Shown here one piece after another: positions 41,764 through 44,123 of a DNA stretch of 44,123 bases. Origin of the DNA: an uncultured Streptomyces sp. (GTDB lineage: Bacteria > Pseudomonadota > Gammaproteobacteria > Burkholderiales > SG8-41). The notes under the pieces are model-generated. The model ran no database searches and was not told the DNA's origin. It was given only the letters and a program-made list of their open reading frames with translations. Position 1 is the stretch's first letter, and every line of letters begins with the position of its first letter. Where the stretch lies: the NCBI GenBank assembly GCA_964625665.1, contig CAZVDN010000001.1, positions 15,082-59,204 on the forward strand, read 5' to 3'. The translations under genes were made by a program, and so were the position numbers.

Positions 41764-42450
41764 ATGTTCTCTGTTTTTAAACAACGGTTTTTTCTTGGCT
41801 GTGTCGCATTGTTGATGGCAACGGGCGCGGCCTCGGCACAACCTTCCGCAGCCCCCACGCTCGGCCGTGACTTCACGATGATCAACCCTGCCCAGCCGAC
41901 GGACAGCGGGAAGAAAATCGAAGTCATTGAATTTTTCTGGTACGGATGCATTCACTGCTACCACCTTGAAGAGCCGATGAAGGCATGGCTCAAGCGCAAG
42001 CCGGCTGACGTTGAATTCCGTTATGTGCCGGCGATTTTCGACCCCGCCTCCTGGGGGCCCATGGCACGCGCCTTTTACGCGCTTGATGCCCTGGGTGTCG
42101 GCGGCAAATTTCATGACGACATTTTCAAGGCGATTCACAAAGACGGTCTCAAGACGATCGTCACCGATCCGCGCGTCATGGCCGACTGGTTCGCCAACAA
42201 GGGAATCGAAAAACAGAAATTCGCCGATTCCTACAATTCCTTCGCGGTAAACGGACGTGTCAAACGCTCGGAAGACATGACCCGCAGCTATGACGTTCCG
42301 GGCACGCCTGCGCTGGCGGTCGATGGCAAATACATGACCGGGCCGTCGATGGCGGTCGGGCCCGACGGCAGCGTCAATTATGAACGTTTCTTCCAGGTGC
42401 TCGATCAACTGATCGCGCGGGCGCGCAAGGAACGCGCCGGCCAGAAATAA
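41764..42450 (+). CDS. dsbA: Thiol:disulfide interchange protein DsbA, paralogue 1 (active site CIHC).
   Basis: Signal peptide MFSVFKQRFFLGCVALLMATGAASAQ, a thioredoxin-fold active site FFWYGCIHCYHLE, and the cis-Pro region VPGTPALAVDGKY. An upstream in-frame ATG at 41752 is also possible. Confidence 0.88.
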   Translation: MFSVFKQRFFLGCVALLMATGAASAQPSAAPTLGRDFTMINPAQPTDSGKKIEVIEFFWYGCIHCYHLEEPMKAWLKRKPADVEFRYVPAIFDPASWGPMARAFYALDALGVGGKFHDDIFKAIHKDGLKTIVTDPRVMADWFANKGIEKQKFADSYNSFAVNGRVKRSEDMTRSYDVPGTPALAVDGKYMTGPSMAVGPDGSVNYERFFQVLDQLIARARKERAGQK

Positions 42451-42453
42451 CCC

Positions 42454-43116
42454 ATGCGCGCGACCCGGCTCTGCATTCGCCGCAGTCTGCTCTGCGGGCT
42501 GGCCCTGTTGGCTTTCGCTTTGCCGGGGGCGGCCCAGCAGGTCAAGCGCGACATAGACTATCGGCTGCTTCCGCAGCCGCAGCCGGTGCAAACCGGCGAG
42601 CGCATCGAAGTCATCGATTTTTTCTTCTACGCCTGCCCTTATTGCAACGAGCTGGCGCCGCATCTCGATCGCTGGATCAAACGCAAACCGGCCGACGTTG
42701 TTTTCCGTCGCATGCCGGTCGTGCGCCACGATACCTGGGTACCGCTGGCCAAGACGTATTTTGCTCTCGAGGCCATGGGCGAGGTTGAGCGGCTGCACAT
42801 GGCTGTCTATCGCAGCTACCACGTCGACGACCTCTACATGAGCCAGGAAAAGGTCATCGCTGAATGGGCGACCAAAAACGGCCTCGACAGCGAAAAGTTC
42901 ATGTCGATTTACCGCTCTGACGAAGTGAAAGCCAAAGTCGAGCTGGCGAAAAAAATGACCAAGGACTACGACATTCAAGGCACACCCTCGGTTGTCGTCG
43001 ACGGGAAATTTCTGACCTCGAGCAGCATGACACCGGGGGTAGCGCAGGTCATTCCGGTCATCGACGGCCTGGTGCGTCTGGCGCGTCAGCAACGCATCGA
43101 AAAAAGCGGCAAGTAG
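42454..43116 (+). CDS. Thiol:disulfide interchange protein DsbA, paralogue 2 (active site CPYC).
   Basis: Signal peptide (...LALLAFALPGAAQQ), active site FFFYACPYCNELAPH, and the cis-Pro region IQGTPSVVVDGKF. It starts 3 nt after paralogue 1 and shares the KRKPADV block with it. Confidence 0.88.
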   Translation: MRATRLCIRRSLLCGLALLAFALPGAAQQVKRDIDYRLLPQPQPVQTGERIEVIDFFFYACPYCNELAPHLDRWIKRKPADVVFRRMPVVRHDTWVPLAKTYFALEAMGEVERLHMAVYRSYHVDDLYMSQEKVIAEWATKNGLDSEKFMSIYRSDEVKAKVELAKKMTKDYDIQGTPSVVVDGKFLTSSSMTPGVAQVIPVIDGLVRLARQQRIEKSGK

Positions 43117-43138
43117 AGAATGTCCAGCCGCCGTGCCG

Positions 43139-44123
43139 TCATTCGACGGTCACGGACTTCGCCAGATTGCGCGGTTTATCCACATCGTTGCCCCGCGCAA
43201 GCGCCGCATGATACGCCAGCAATTGCAGCGGCACGGTATGCAGAATCGGGCTCAGAATGCCGGCGTGGTCGGTCAGTGTAATGACGTCAACACTTTCGCT
43301 CGATTCAAGGTGCGCCCCCTGATCCGCCAGAACGTATAGCTGCCCTCCGCGCGCCCGCACTTCCTGCATGTTGGATTTGAGTTTTTCCAGCAAGGCGTCG
43401 TTCGGCGCAATCGCCACCACCGGCATTTCCTTGTCGACCAGCGCGAGCGGGCCGTGTTTCAACTCGCCGGCCGGATAGGCCTCGGCGTGGATGTAGGAAA
43501 TCTCCTTGAGCTTGAGCGCGCCTTCGAGGGCAATCGGATAATGAATGCCGCGCCCGAGAAACAGGGCGTGATCGTGCGCCGCAAATTTTTTCGCCCAGAC
43601 CTTGATCTGCGGTTCAACCTGCAATACATGCGACAGGGCGGCCGGCAAATGGCGCAGTGCAAGAATCAGTTCCTGTTCCTGGTCAACCGACAGCCGGCCG
43701 CGCAGTTTGGCCAGCACCAGCGTCAACAATACCAGCGCAGCCAGCTGGGTGGTAAAGGCCTTGGTCGAGGCAACGCCGATTTCGGGGCCCGCGCGGGTCA
43801 GGAAACGCAATTCTGACGCCCGCACCAGCGCGCTCTCCGGCACATTGCAGATTGACAGGCAATGCCGGTGGCCGAGCTCCTTGGCGAAGTTCAATGCCGC
43901 AATTGTGTCAGCGGTTTCGCCTGACTGCGAAATCGTCACGACCAGTGCGCGCGGGTTCGGCACCGACGCGCGATAACGGTATTCGCTGGCGATTTCCACG
44001 CTGCAGGGCAACCCGGCGAGCGACTCGATCCAGTAACGCGCAACAACACCGGCGTGATAGCTGGTGCCGCAGGCAAGTATCAGGACACTGTCGATGCCTG
44101 ACAAAATGCGTGCCGCTTCGACC
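43139..44123 (-). CDS. glmS: Glutamine--fructose-6-phosphate aminotransferase, C-terminal isomerase (SIS) half. The gene runs off the right edge of the window.
   Basis: Two SIS domains are present ([12 protein letters not shown]; [11 protein letters not shown]) with the invariant C-terminus [10 protein letters not shown]. The M at 44104 in the track is an internal TTG, and the frame stays open to the window edge. Confidence 0.95.
   Translation of the reverse strand, partial: VEAARILSGIDSVLILACGTSYHAGVVARYWIESLAGLPCSVEIASEYRYRASVPNPRALVVTISQSGETADTIAALNFAKELGHRHCLSICNVPESALVRASELRFLTRAGPEIGVASTKAFTTQLAALVLLTLVLAKLRGRLSVDQEQELILALRHLPAALSHVLQVEPQIKVWAKKFAAHDHALFLGRGIHYPIALEGALKLKEISYIHAEAYPAGELKHGPLALVDKEMPVVAIAPNDALLEKLKSNMQEVRARGGQLYVLADQGAHLESSESVDVITLTDHAGILSPILHTVPLQLLAYHAALARGNDVDKPRNLAKSVTVE

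Noticed and set aside
30092-43092. Several very long antisense ORFs: 30092..31648, 32381..33583, 38287..39534, 39681..41522 and 41710..43092 on the minus strand. Also 3347..4930, 2596..3648 and 1414..2286 on the plus strand, and 6686..7675, 12741..13517 and 21216..22130 on the minus strand.
   Set aside because: Each lies fully opposite a confidently identified housekeeping gene (gltB, priA, argS, dsbA, pepP, ubiH, dusB, lptD, thiD, pilM). Each has the Arg/Ala/His-rich, low-complexity composition expected of stop-poor antisense frames in GC-rich DNA. None shows a domain signature.

Overview
This GC-rich window has strong third-position GC bias, so it carries many long antisense shadow ORFs. 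It reads as a densely packed, conserved core-chromosome segment, most likely from a betaproteobacterium. The evidence for that placement is a short 80-aa Fis and dusB-fis-purH linkage. Further evidence is the order mrcA / pilMNOPQ-aroK-aroB-dgt-gltBD-hemE, followed by priA-argS-SPOR-dsbA.

I support 40 protein-coding genes:
- purH (partial), fis and dusB.
- A compact amgK-murU-pepP-ubiH unit.
- lptD-surA-pdxA-rsmA.
- gloA and a rubredoxin.
- thiD-thiE-hemL.
- A dihaem cytochrome c4, engB and hemB.
- An uncharacterised 201-aa protein coupled to mrcA (PBP1A).
- The type IV pilus assembly operon pilMNOPQ.
- aroK-aroB and a dGTPase-like HD protein.
- gltB-gltD, hemE, priA and argS.
- A SPOR-domain protein, two tandem dsbA paralogues and glmS (partial).

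Several track ORFs needed start-codon correction, and many real starts are GTG or TTG with 4-nt overlaps. I found no tRNA or rRNA genes, CRISPR arrays, transposases, integrases, phage genes or recognisable defence genes. I see no evidence for a novel multi-gene system here; the protein-coding content is ordinary housekeeping.

The observations worth a second look are mostly non-coding:
1. A minus-strand intrinsic terminator with CU-rich (anti-Shine-Dalgarno) hairpin loops lies between two plus-strand genes, engB and hemB. This is a candidate sRNA.
2. A canonical terminator hairpin sits 17 nt upstream of the gltB start, downstream of a good sigma70-like promoter and palindromic operator-like sites.
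3. The AT-rich 339-bp hemE-priA spacer holds two TTATNCACA DnaA boxes and a 14-bp perfect palindrome.
4. The mrcA-linked protein has a degenerate polymerase-beta-type nucleotidyltransferase motif.

All functional calls rest on my reading of the translated sequences and on known family motifs and synteny. No database search was run.
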